Part shown: positions 32,199-43,205 of the stretch, piece after piece
Numbering within the stretch: position 1 is the first letter of the stretch
Layout of the letters: each line of letters opens with the position of its first letter
Assembly: GCF_009914755.1 (NCBI RefSeq)
Contig: NC_060942.1
DNA: 64,000 nt
Strand: one strand, 5' to 3'
Origin: the human T2T-CHM13v2.0 reference genome, Homo sapiens
The notes under the pieces: generated by a model
The model's database searches: none
Told to the model about the DNA's origin: nothing
The model's input: only the letters and a program-made list of their open reading frames with translations
Position numbers and translations under genes: made by a program

Positions 32199-33176
32199 TC
32201 AGGCGCAGTGGCTCACTCTTGTAATCTCAGCACTTTGGGAGGCCAAGGCAGCCGGGTCACCTGAGGTCAGGAGTTCGAGACCAGCCTGGCCAATGTGGTG
32301 GAACCCCGTCTCTACTAAAAATACAAAAATTAGCCCAGCATGAGTGGTACGCACCTGTAATCCCAGCTACTCAGAAACCTGAGGCAGGAGACTTACTTGA
32401 ACCCGGGAGGCAGACGTTGCAGTGAGCCGAGATGGTGCCACTGCACTCCAGCTTGGGTGACAGTGTAAGACTCCGTCTCAAAACAAACAAACAAAAACAA
32501 AACAAAACAAAAACCAGAATCGTGGTGGGCTGTGGAGAAAAGGGAACACTTATACACTGTTGGTGGGAAGGTAAATTAGTTCAGTCACTGTAGAAAGCAG
32601 TTTGCAGATTTCTCAAAGAACTAAAAATAGAACTACCATTCAACCCAACAATCCCATTCCTGGGTATATGCCCAAAGGAATATAAATCATTCTACCATAA
32701 AGACCCATGCATGCATACGTTCATCACAGCACTATTCACAATTGTAAAGACATGGTATCAACCCAGGTGTGTCTACCCATGGTGGATTGGATAGAAAATG
32801 TGCTGCATACACACCATGGAATACTACACAGCCATAAAAAAGAACAAAATCACATCTTGTGCAGCAACATGGATGCAGCTGGAGGCCATTATTGTTAAGC
32901 GAGCTAATACAGATTCAGAAAACCAAATGCTGCATGTTCTCATGTATAAGTGGGAACTAAACATTAGGCACACGTGGACACAAAGATGGGAACAATAGAC
33001 ACTGCAGACTACGAGATGGGGGAGGCAGGCAAGGGTTGAAAAACTGTCTATTGGGTACTATGCTCGTTACCTAGGTGCTGGGTTAAATCATACCCCAAAC
33101 CTCAGCATCATGCAATATACCCATGCAACAAACTTGCCCATGTGCCCTCTGAATCTAAAAGTTGAAGAAAAAAAAA
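31755..33176 (+). mobile_element. L1PA15/16-like 3' fragment interrupted by an Alu
   Basis: ORF2-like [25 protein letters not shown], 3'UTR, ends tgaatctaaaagttgaagaaaaaaaaa. Confidence 0.8.
32197..32512 (+). mobile_element. AluS element preceded by an A45 run
   Basis: Sense dimer with (AAAAC)n tail; poly-A at 32152-32196. Confidence 0.9.
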
Positions 33177-33989
33177 TTAAGGTCTTTATACTACAAGCGA
33201 TAGAAAGCCAAAAACACATTTTAAGCACAAGGATGAGAAGATTACATTTGTATTTCTTGAAAGATTGCAAGCTACAGTGTAAGGGACTGAAGTGATGTGA
33301 GAACATGAGTCAGTGAGCTACTGGAATAATCTAGGTACACTGCCTTGGCTAGATTAAAGAGACTGTGAAGAAATGTTATTGGCAGGCTGGGAAAATGATG
33401 GGCAAGAAAGACACTGGTGCCCAAGTCTCCCAGGTTTCTGACTCATGTAATAGGATGAACAGAACACCCATATGAATGTTGTTTTTATTCATAGCTACTT
33501 CTTTGTAAGGTTTATTCTTAGAATTGACCTCTTGTTATCAAGTTAGATGTCTTTTAGTGTCCCTGAAATTTTGTGGCATTAAACCACATGACGGTGTTCT
33601 GTACCAGCAACAGTGGAGTGATGTCGAGATAGGGCACGACAAAGCCCCTCGGAGCCAGTCTTTCTGCTGTCCCATCCCCATTTCCTGAGCAGAGCATATG
33701 CGTGCATGCATGCGTGTGTTAATAGCCACACTCATGGGGGAGGATCAGGTCCTTCTGTCACCCTCCTTCAGAGCTTACACAGCTCTGATAAGAAACTATT
33801 TGTCAAAACAAATGTCATTTCTGAGAACACAATTTTACATGCACCGATGGCCTGTCACAATTTTTTTTTTTTTAAATGGAACAGTCCAATTTTACTTCAT
33901 GAGTAAATGCCCATTAAAATACAGGGCCACCTCTATGGCAACCCAAGGCAGAAACTTCCATACCGGTTAATTTGAAGCAGTAAGAAAGA

Positions 33990-34021
<32 letters not shown>

Positions 34022-34544
34022 CACTTAATGGAAGGAACGTGTAACACTCATTTGTAAGTTAGAAGCAACTTCAAATTCACACTCCAGACTCCATGTTGAT
34101 TTTTTAAAACAACTAGGGTCGACATTGACTTAACAGAGCAATGGATGTGCTGGGAAGAGATGGATATAACGAAGGAAATGGATGACGGGGACAGTGATTG
34201 TTAAAACAGGTCATGAGATTGCAGGCTGAGCAACCCTGTTTCATAGCACAGCCTTGTCTCTTATTAAAAAAAAAACCTAAAACTTTGAGGATGAGATTCA
34301 ATGATGTATTTTTTAAAGCCTTCTTAGGCAACCAAATATTTAAATATATCTGCTTTGTTCCCATCTTCAATCCCTCAAAGGGTACAGACACTGCATACTG
34401 TATACTCTGTGGGGTTTTTTTTTTTCAATCTTGTAAAGACAGGATATCTCTACCGTGCAGCTGAATAAGGCCTTTGATGTCATGCAAATATTACTTCTGG
34501 ACTAAACACATACAATACTGAAATTATTAAACATACAAACTTAG

Positions 34545-35640
34545 AGCTTTCAGTGCATTTGCCATTTTTATTTCGCTATGCAGAAACATACATTCACCAT
34601 GGGCTGTGATGCAGGTGATCGTGTAATGGAGAATCTCTCTTTTTGAAGGCTATTTATAACTAACACTAAATAGTTTTAATTACAGTGGAAATTCTGTACA
34701 GTTTAAGGCTTGGCTCTGAACTAGAATGTAAATATGGACCAGATTTGAAAATAAAACACTTTCTTTTCAAGTAAAAGAAGAAAAATCAATTAAAAAATAC
34801 ACGGCACGGAAAAAGTAACTAAGAAAACAAAGCCACAGGAAGCCCAGCAGTTTCTCCTGAAGTGAAATTTCATAATATTGTAAACTAACAAAAATACAGG
34901 TTTTCTTCCCAAAATAATGACAATTTAAGCTCTCTGGATTGAACACAGACCAAAGCAAACAACAAGGAAGAAATCGCATTAATATGCTAAAATCAGTACT
35001 ACCTTATAACAAATTAAATGAGATACACAAAGCAAGATTGGAAGCATTACATATTTCCAGAGGGTCAGAGAGTCATTACTGTTTATGGGTGAGAGTAATA
35101 AAACCAGATGAAACAAGTACAAGTTGTTTACTGAATAAACTTGGTTATTGGCACATCTAATCTGAGGAAAATCTGACACACCGGACGGACCTAGACAGCT
35201 TCTAGCATTTGAGGGTAATCTTCATTTATTGTAAATATAAGGTTACCTAAGAAATTGCAATTTTGTTTAGACTTTAATAATAATAAACTATGAAAGGCAT
35301 GAATTGTTTATGTGTTACATGAGACCACGGTTTATATTGTTGGTTATGAACGTGCAGGTATAGCTGAAAACTGAGACATTTTGTGAAAATTAAAAATGCT
35401 GCTCTTTTGTAATTTTATCGTTGCTTCATGCATTATCGGTTTAGTGATGCTGAATCAGATTGCTTTATTATGGGAAGATCTCTCTGCCAGTGTCTTTATT
35501 AATGGTCAAGGTCAATTCTTCTGGACTGAAATTTTCCACGGACAGATACAAGTCAGTTGGGTTAGAAGAGGGAACTCCATATAGGCTCTGGTTTTCCTAA
35601 CGGTTTGCATGACTGCATTCATGTGCAAGCTAAGTTATTC
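34545..35640 (-). other. EPB41L3: EPB41L3 last exon (3'UTR only, ~1.1 kb)
   Basis: Acceptor tcttttttgcag|GAATAAC at 35640; repeat-free AU-rich sequence ending near AATAAA; 3' end approximate. Confidence 0.8.
34567..34572 (-). terminator. EPB41L3: Distal polyadenylation signal AATAAA of EPB41L3
   Basis: tttatt on +; GT/T-rich downstream element (tttgtatgttt, tatgtgttt on minus) at ~34503-34540. Confidence 0.75.
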
Positions 35641-36844
35641 CTGCAAAAAAGACATTTGATTAGTTACTCATTTGAAAACAACTGAAAGATTTTCTCAGAT
35701 CAAGGACACAAAAAAAGTATCCTGGAAGTTAGAATGCTCGTTTGGACAAGATGCCATGACATTCCAGCGTTAAGTCACTGCCAATTACATGCTTTCTCTT
35801 AAGTAATTACAACAACGCCCAAGTGGCTGAAGCTCATGGAAGAAATCTGTTTTATTTTTTTTGCTATCGTCCAAAATATATTATTCATTTGAGTAAAATG
35901 AGTATTTTTTATATTTCTCTTTTAAGAGATGCCACTCATCAATTTGTTTCTTAAACCGATGTTAGAAAACTTACTAATATATGAAATCTCTTAAACATTT
36001 TATCACATCACCAAGTTGTGCAAGTCGCTCGACTGCTGCATTCAGCATTCAAAGCCCTCTCAGAAACGCTCATGGCCCCATGAGATCTTGCATGGCAGGT
36101 GACTATGCATGACAAGTCTGTGCTCACATAGATGATATAGTCTGCTCATGATGCTGGCCAAACAGTCACTGGAAAGGTATGTGCTTTCTACAGGACCACA
36201 AGACTGCATTTTTTTTGCCTCCTTCTGAGACAGTGCTACGCTAGGGAGAAAAATCATCCCAAAGAATACAGGAAATATAAGACATCCAAAAAGAAAGTGA
36301 GTGCTCAGCTTTCAAATTAAAAAAACAAAACTAAAGACAAAAGCATAAACAGGTTACAATCAAACACAGTTGAAGAGAAAGCTTACGACGGGATAATGTT
36401 GCCATCAGAAGGAGAAAGGGGTATATATTATTTCCCTAGTATTTGGAACACACAAATTGAGCCTCTCAGAGCAAAACTGCCTTTGTTCCAATTAGGCCAC
36501 ATGGCAAGTAAAATCAAATTTGCCATTACAAATTTGGATAATCAAAGAGTGCAGGCCATGGAATAAAAGGGAACACCAGGAAGACCACACAAGCATAGAA
36601 GCATAGACTCTGCTCTTCCTTTATCCTCTAACTGGCAGTGCATGCAAAAACTCCACAAGAATGGAAGCTCCAAATGTGAGACAAACCCATAAACCAATTC
36701 TCCATCCTCTTGGTAACCAGCCCAACAAATGCCAGTGAGAGAACAGAGGAAAGGAGGGATCAGGTGAAGGATGAGAGGGAAGTGCCCCATGCCTCATGCC
36801 AGCCTAGGCAAGCCTAGAGAATCGGCATCACCTCTTACCTCTGG

Positions 36845-36955
36845 TCAATCCTCTCCATCTTCTGGTGTGATCTCTGTCTCTTTATGGACCACTACTTTGG
36901 TCACTGACATGTCAGGGTGCTGCTCTTTGGCCTCTTTAATTGCCTGAGCCAGCGC
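36845..36955 (-). CDS. EPB41L3: 4.1B final coding exon [36 protein letters not shown] (exon continues to 36839)
   Basis: gatag|GCG acceptor, TGA at 36845-36847, donor AG|gtaaga at 36839; 4.1 CTD signature. Confidence 0.97.
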   Translation of the reverse strand, partial: ALAQAIKEAKEQHPDMSVTKVVVHKETEITPEDGED

Positions 36956-37228
36956 CTATCCCCGGGAAATCACAGAAGGGCAGAAACAAAAAGGAGGTGG
37001 AACATGCATGATCAGTGGTGAGGTGGAGACTTATGAGCTAGATCTATATCCACAATTTACAAATGAGGTACAATGATTACAAAAGGAATCATAAATCATA
37101 TATTGGAAAGTTAATTCGGAATTTTCTTCGGAATACATGCTGGACTAGAGGAATAGCATTGAAACTGTAGGACCAACAGGTTTTTCTTTGTTTCTCTGCC
37201 AGGGTATTTACCGTCTCACACACACTAC

Positions 37229-37309
37229 CTGGTCATGGTCAATGTCTGCATCCCCCGTGATGACTATTCGCTTCTCAATTCTTGTCTCTGAAATGCCCCC
37301 TTTCACAGT
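37229..37309 (-). CDS. EPB41L3: 4.1B CTD exon [27 protein letters not shown]
   Basis: 81 nt, ag/gt boundaries, 4.1-family CTD motif. Confidence 0.97.
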
Positions 37310-37770
37310 CTGCAAGACACGTAGAGAAGCTTTATGAATTTACTCACTGGGAGAAACCATCATGGTTCAGTAGGGGGAAATGGCCGAAGATGCTGACATC
37401 ATTCACTCTTCGAGAATTGAAATTAGAGTTCTATGGCACTTATTTCACATTTTTAATTCCAGAGGTGAGGACGGAATGGAGGCCCTTGGGTCTGGATGGC
37501 CCATGTTTCTGGAACACTACCACATGCCAAGCACTGGAGTAAGCATTAAGCTTAGGATATCAGAATGTATATTCCTAAAGGGGAACTCGCACGTGAGGAC
37601 AAGTGCATCGTAAATCTAGGGGCTGTAAAAGCTCCCCTTGCAGCTATCCCGGCGTCCTGAGCTTCAAGCCACCTTGTGCTTGTGCAGCCCAACCTGTGAG
37701 GAGTTCTGAACAAGCACCTTCCTCCAGCTCGCTCTCAAGGAATCCTCTTCTCGGTTCTCACTCCACTTAC

Positions 37771-37869
37771 TTTGGTGATGTGCGTAGTGGTGGTGGTACT
37801 GGTGGTTTCAGATGTGATCGTCTGTGCACTCATCAGCACGCCTGGCTCCAGATCTGTGCCTGGATCGAC
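37771..37869 (-). CDS. EPB41L3: 4.1B CTD exon VDPGTDLEPGVLMSAQTITSETTSTTTTTHITK
   Basis: 99 nt, tttag|GTC and AAA|gtaagt. Confidence 0.97.
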
Positions 37870-38362
37870 CTAAAGCAGCAGAGGCATAGACCCCTCATCC
37901 AGGTGCTCACATCTGCTCTTCAGAAGTTGGCTACGTTATTTAAGGCATTACGACAATTTCACTATCTCCTATTATGCAATCATTATGCTCTTCAGAGTCT
38001 GAGCGCTGCTCCCAAGAATAAGTACTAAGTGCAACCACAGGTAACTGTCATTAAAAAAACTAAGGTTTCAGAAATGTGAGTGGTGGATGGGTGAGTGAAT
38101 ATTTTTCTTTCTCTGTGGCTAGGGAAACAGGTTTCTGAGCCTTTTTCTACACTTCAAGACACATAAAGACTTGGTTAAGTCATCTGCTGCTCCCTGATCA
38201 CTAATAAAATGACCATTATTGCATCACTTTTAATAGAAATGGTCTGGCTGCTGGATCCTCTAAGTCTCATGAATTAAATATCGTGCAGTTCTATGTAAAC
38301 ACACTAGGCCATAGAGGGGTGAAATAAGCAGCCAGGGCTCTGGTCTTCACAGAATATCTCAC

Positions 38363-38494
38363 CTGTGATGATTCATATGTGATGGTTTTGGTTTCGGTGT
38401 GAACTACTGGCACTTCCTTCGTGGAAATTTCTAGCTTTACTCCTCCCGGTGAAACACTGCCAAAACTGATGGTTTCCGTCTTCACCGTTGAGGA
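38363..38494 (-). CDS. EPB41L3: 4.1B exon SSTVKTETISF...VPVVHTETKTITYESSQ
   Basis: 132 nt, acag|TCC and CAG|gtgaga; ORF track 38291..38584. Confidence 0.97.
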
Positions 38495-39219
38495 CTGTGC
38501 CAAAGGGGAGTAAGCAGAGTGGCTGTTATAGTTTGCATGAACACATTGTTTTCTTCCTTTTCCTCTCTTGGTGGTTATAAGCACAGGTTAGTATGCTATA
38601 AATGTTTATGTAGAGAGTAAGCTGGGGAATGAGGCATACAACATGCACATGTCAGTCTCCTGGACTCTCATAGCACTTTTATATGAAATGCTCCAAGTAA
38701 AGCAAAACATTTTGAAGGCAATAAAAAAAAGTTTTCTATTTAATAACTTCTTAGAAAGAAGAAACTAATAATGAGACATTAACTCCCCAAATACTTCAGG
38801 AATCTCAATAAAAGAGGATAAAGAATAAAGTTCTGGCATTTAGGACCCGGGTAAACATGGTTTTGGTGCTTCTGGAAAAGTGCACTGATAAGAAATAAAT
38901 GTATCACATTTTCTAATATCTTGGCCAACTTTGCATTTCCCAATTTTACTGCCAATTATAATAATTTCAGTGAGAGTAGAAACCATTTCCTGGTGCCATA
39001 TTATTAATAATTAAGAGATATGTTTGCATGTGACACCAAAGCTGGAAATCAGTGTGGAGACTCCTACTAGGTATGAAAGAAGGAAATGAGAGGAGAAATA
39101 CACTATACATGGGAGAGGCAGAAAATTAAACTTAGCTCCACCTTTATGCTGATCTAAATTTCCAGGCATCCTATATCAGTTTTATTTTAGTGATAAAAGT
39201 AACATTTACTACTAGTTAC

Positions 39220-39588
39220 CTCAAAATGAGGTTTTTGTTCCAAAGTTTCTGAAATGTGGATGGCTGCACTCTGCTCCTCTTGTCGCTCACGGGAAGCAGC
39301 GGCTGTCTCTTCCTGTTCCAGGACAGCTTTAGCGACCTCCTCCCCTCCTTCCTCTTTAGCCCCCTCCGTCAAGGCAGAGCCCTCTTTCCCTTTAATGCCT
39401 GTGAATGCGGGCTGTGCTGCAGCATCCCCGCTGTCTCCCGCCGAGTAAGAAGCATCCCCACTCGCGTGCACCACACGCCGCTCCTCCACCAACACGGTCT
39501 CCTGCACCACCTTCTCAGTGCTAAGCGGCAGGTGGTGCACGGTGGGTTCCGTCTCTATTCCACTGGACTCCGTCTTGGTTTCCATTTT
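39220..39588 (-). CDS. EPB41L3: 4.1B U3 exon KMETKTESSG...LEQKPHFE
   Basis: 369 nt, gcag|AAA and GAG|gtaact; ORF track 39187..39690. Confidence 0.95.
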
Positions 39589-40182
39589 CTGCATGGGAAG
39601 AGATTGTGGCATCAGTGTGACCATCCATAAACCAAAGGTCAGAAAATAACTAAAGCTGCCACTCGCCAGGATGTCTAAAGCCAGCAGCAAGTGCTTATAA
39701 CCAGAAACACTGACGAAAAATATAAATTAGCTTTCATTTCTCCCACTGAAATCTCTGATGCCTGCCCCTGCCCCTGGTGCATGCACTTGAACCTGCGCTG
39801 CTGCTTCAGGACATCCGCAAAACAAACGGAAGGCAGGATAAAGTGCAATTAACAAAACAAAAACCAAAGCATTGCAGCGCATTCACGTTGGTTTTGGCTG
39901 CTTTCTTAGACTCAACTGGTGAGACATAATGCTTTTAGATATTTAATTCTATTAAAATTTCTCAATATGATCGCCTTTCGAATAGTGAAGTACATTCTTG
40001 AGATGCAACTAAAGGCATGTGACAGATATGCCAAGCAGACACAAAGGACAATAAGTGAAGACACCTTTGAGATGTTGAAGGCAAAGCCAGCTGGATGCAA
40101 CCACACACTCACGCCCAAAAAAAGGGTAAGGAAAGGCACATGGGCACATTCAGAAACACCAAGGACGAAAACAAATGGCCAC

Positions 40183-40305
40183 CTGAACCCAGCTTTGAGA
40201 AGTAGAAGTAACCCCTCCTATGAATTCTGTTGGTTTTCGCGCAGACTCTAATAAACTGAAGATTTCAGAGCCATCCATGAGCTTTTCCCCAGAAGACTGC
40301 TTAGT
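40183..40305 (-). CDS. EPB41L3: 4.1B U3 cassette exon TKQSSGEKLMDGSEIFSLLESARKPTEFIGGVTSTSQSWVQ
   Basis: 123 nt, ctcag|ACT and CAG|gtggcc; matches the remembered 4.1B sequence. Confidence 0.93.
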
Positions 40306-40812
40306 CTGAGTGAACAAAGAGAGGCAGAGTCAAGCACAAAAGAGAGACACAAACTCAGGCACATAAACATTCACAGCTTGTTAGACAAAATCGTAGGCAG
40401 AGGAGACAGGGAGGAGGAAGAACGAAGGAATCTCAGAGTTTGGAAACGAAAAGAATGGGAAATAAAATAGAAAACCAGGTGCTCTTGTTTGGTAAAGCAG
40501 AGACGGTTATTAGGATCAGGGTGGCGCCGATTTAAGCAGATATATATATTTTTTCCCCTTCATTGCAAGCCACAGCAGCACTATCACATCTTGGGAACAG
40601 GGAGCTGGAAATAAAATGGAAAGTGTTTTAATGCTGACTTTGCACTGCGGTATTGATTTAACCATGAAAAAAAATTAAGAAGCTGGGTTGGCTGCTCTCA
40701 ACATAAAGCCAAGCAGCAAGAGAAACGGAAAGGTTTGGGGTGGAAGGGGACTGCCTCAAAAACTGTCATGCTGGAATTGCAAACTGTGGCCCCAATGAGT
40801 GACACTGGTTAC

Positions 40813-41547
40813 CACTACTCGGGAGGCGGATGACTCAGTAACGTAATGGGCAGTAGCAACGGTAAAGGCTGGTTCCTGGGAATATCTCCATTCGGACAGG
40901 CTCTTCCTTCGGGGACCAAAGAGGCCCACTTTTAAGACCTCACTCTCGGGCACTTGCTCTGTTTTGCTGAAGCGTCTGCCTTCCAGGCCAGGGAGGACGG
41001 CCACATCCTTCTCCAGCTGTGGAGCCTTCTTGAGGTCATCTTCTTCAGGACTCTGCCGGCGAGACTCGGCCTCCTTGATGGGGGCCAGGGATTCGGACAA
41101 TTTCCGCTGTGTCGTCTGGACCTCTGGTCCTCTCTTGGATTTCTCATCAGCGAGGGTTTCCAGGACCTCATATTCTGCCAGGCCGGGAATGATCTTCATG
41201 GACTCTGGTATTTCTTTCTCCATTTTCTGAAGTGCTTCTGTAGTGGAGGGCTGCTCCACTTTCTCACCCTCTTTAGCTTTCCCAGTCATAGTAACAATTC
41301 TCCCGGAGACAGTGTCATAGGATTTTCCTAGAGTGTATATTTTCTGTTTGCTGTCTTCTTTCAGTTGCATTTCTCGAGCCAATTCTTCGAAGCTTTGCAT
41401 TTTAATAGTGCCAGATTTTAACATGTCAGCTGGGAGATCACCAGTTTTACTGCTCACGGTCACCACCTTGTAAGTCACAATCTTTTTCAAATCACCATCA
41501 ACTACCTCAGTTGGTATTCTGTCTACAATAACCCAATCCTCTGTGCC
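40813..41547 (-). CDS. EPB41L3: Putative large alternative 4.1B exon (245 aa, GTEDWVIVDRIPTEVVDGDLKKIVTYKV...SSASRVV)
   Basis: Stop-free, protein-like, non-repeat frame; acceptor tttcaaatatag|GGC; best donor GTG|gtaacc (inferred); 735 nt, phase 0-0. Confidence 0.75.
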
Positions 41548-42177
41548 CTATATTTGAAATATAAAAGCTAAATTAGAAATTCTGATGGTATCTCATTTCT
41601 AAAATAAGAATCCTTTAAGAAAATCAGGGCAACTGCTACATGCAGGTCTGTGATGGGACCATACAGTGCTCATGTTATTATCTAATAATTATGGCTGCAA
41701 TCTCTTCTCCTCTGAAATGATAAACTATAAACTTCAGCTCAGAATACATTCGGTAGGTAGAGTTGCAACTTCTTTAAACTGGAACATACTTTGCAGTAAA
41801 TTTTTTGAAGAACAGATTTGCTCTTATGATAAATTTTGGATCATTTTATATTTCAAGATTAAATAACATTATTGATGTTGCTCTATAAGTTACTTAGCTT
41901 TACATGTGTGGGGATAAAAGTTTTCCTCGTTAAATATAATCTATACTTCATATACTGTTATCACAGAGAGCTTCCCAACATTCTACAAATTTATGTAAAT
42001 ATTTTCCATATTTGTAAATTGTATTTCTTTATACAGGGAAATGAATCCATAATAGCACTTATTATTCAATAAATATTGAGTGTGACTGTGTTCAAGGCAT
42101 TGTAATGAAATATTTCCCACAAATAGGACACTATTAGAGCCTCTTACAGTGATCTGTACAGTGTTCGAGTCTTACAT

Positions 42178-42302
42178 TTTTTTTTTAAAAGATGGGGTCT
42201 CCCTATGTTGCCCAGGTCGGCCTCGAACCCCTGGGCTCAAGTGATCCTCCCATCTCAGCCTCCCCAGGAGCTGGGACTACAGGCACATGCCATTGTGCCC
42301 GC
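42178..42302 (-). mobile_element. Alu monomer (FLAM-like)
   Basis: gatggggtctccctatgttgcccagg...gggactacaggc. Confidence 0.8.
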
Positions 42303-43130
42303 TCCAATCTTATTTACAACTGAAGTTCACTGTCTCAGGAGTTTCTCTCTCACTTTCTTTAGTGTTAGTTCCAATAAGGCAAAAGAAAGGAAAGCTAAGA
42401 AACTTTTGTATTCAGGGAGGCATAATACAATATGACCAGGTAGGTTAATAGCTTCACAGATTACAGAGGGAAGAGATATCAAACCAGGAGCAGGTGAGTG
42501 CCCTGGTTTACATTTTAAACTAGAATGTTTTCTAGAAACTTTTCTGTTTTTTACAGCCTGAAAACTTAAATCTAGAAATACGTGTGCCTTTAAAAATACC
42601 ACTACAGATTGATCTACATGTTGTTGCTAGATTAAATGAAATGAATTGAAAGAATAACCTCTAGGGTTGATGGGACAGTTTTCTGGAAAATTATTTGACG
42701 AGAAGTAACCACAGAGTCAGCAGAGTCTCCTTCCTGCATTTTCTTTATCACACTTGGCTAGTGGGGAAACCAATAAGAATTCAGAACTTTCAAAATCAGT
42801 CAACTTCATCTAAATTAGCACGACTCTACAGGTAAAAACAGGCAGTAAAACAACATTTCAGCAAGATTATTATCAGAAAGTAAGTCAATGACAACATACA
42901 GAGAAAAATCAGCTTGGATTAGAAGCCATGAAGAAATGATGCATAACTGATAACTAAAATATTAAGAAAATTCAATTTTCCCTTCCCCAGAATCTAAATC
43001 AAAATTATGTACCTACCTTGGTTTTAAACAAGATAAATGTTAAAGGGAAAATAAAAACTAAGAGCATTTTAATGACACTGAAGTCTGAAGACCAATTTCT
43101 TCTGGAAAATCCTTTATGTTTGGTTTTTAC

Positions 43131-43205
43131 CTGAGACTCAAGGAATGGAGCGCTTCCTTGCTGCAAAAATATAACTTTTTCAGAAATCTCTGTTTCTTCT
43201 TTGGT
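43131..43205 (-). CDS. EPB41L3: Putative 75-nt alternative 4.1B exon TKEETEISEKVIFLQQGSAPFLESQ
   Basis: Pyrimidine-rich acceptor ...ttcaaacag|ACC, donor CAG|gtaaaa, phase 0-0. Confidence 0.65.

Noticed and set aside
33992-34020. A29 run downstream of the gene as a possible retrocopy tail or antisense transcript end
   Set aside because: No TSD or recognisable parent; more likely a simple run and an oligo-dT mispriming site
39912-40010. Possible extra exon after a tttag acceptor near 40009
   Set aside because: Phase-0 frame hits a stop after ~18 codons and there is no clear donor
37603-41331. Plus-strand ORFs of 110-141 aa overlapping EPB41L3 exons
   Set aside because: Antisense shadows of coding exons with no independent evidence
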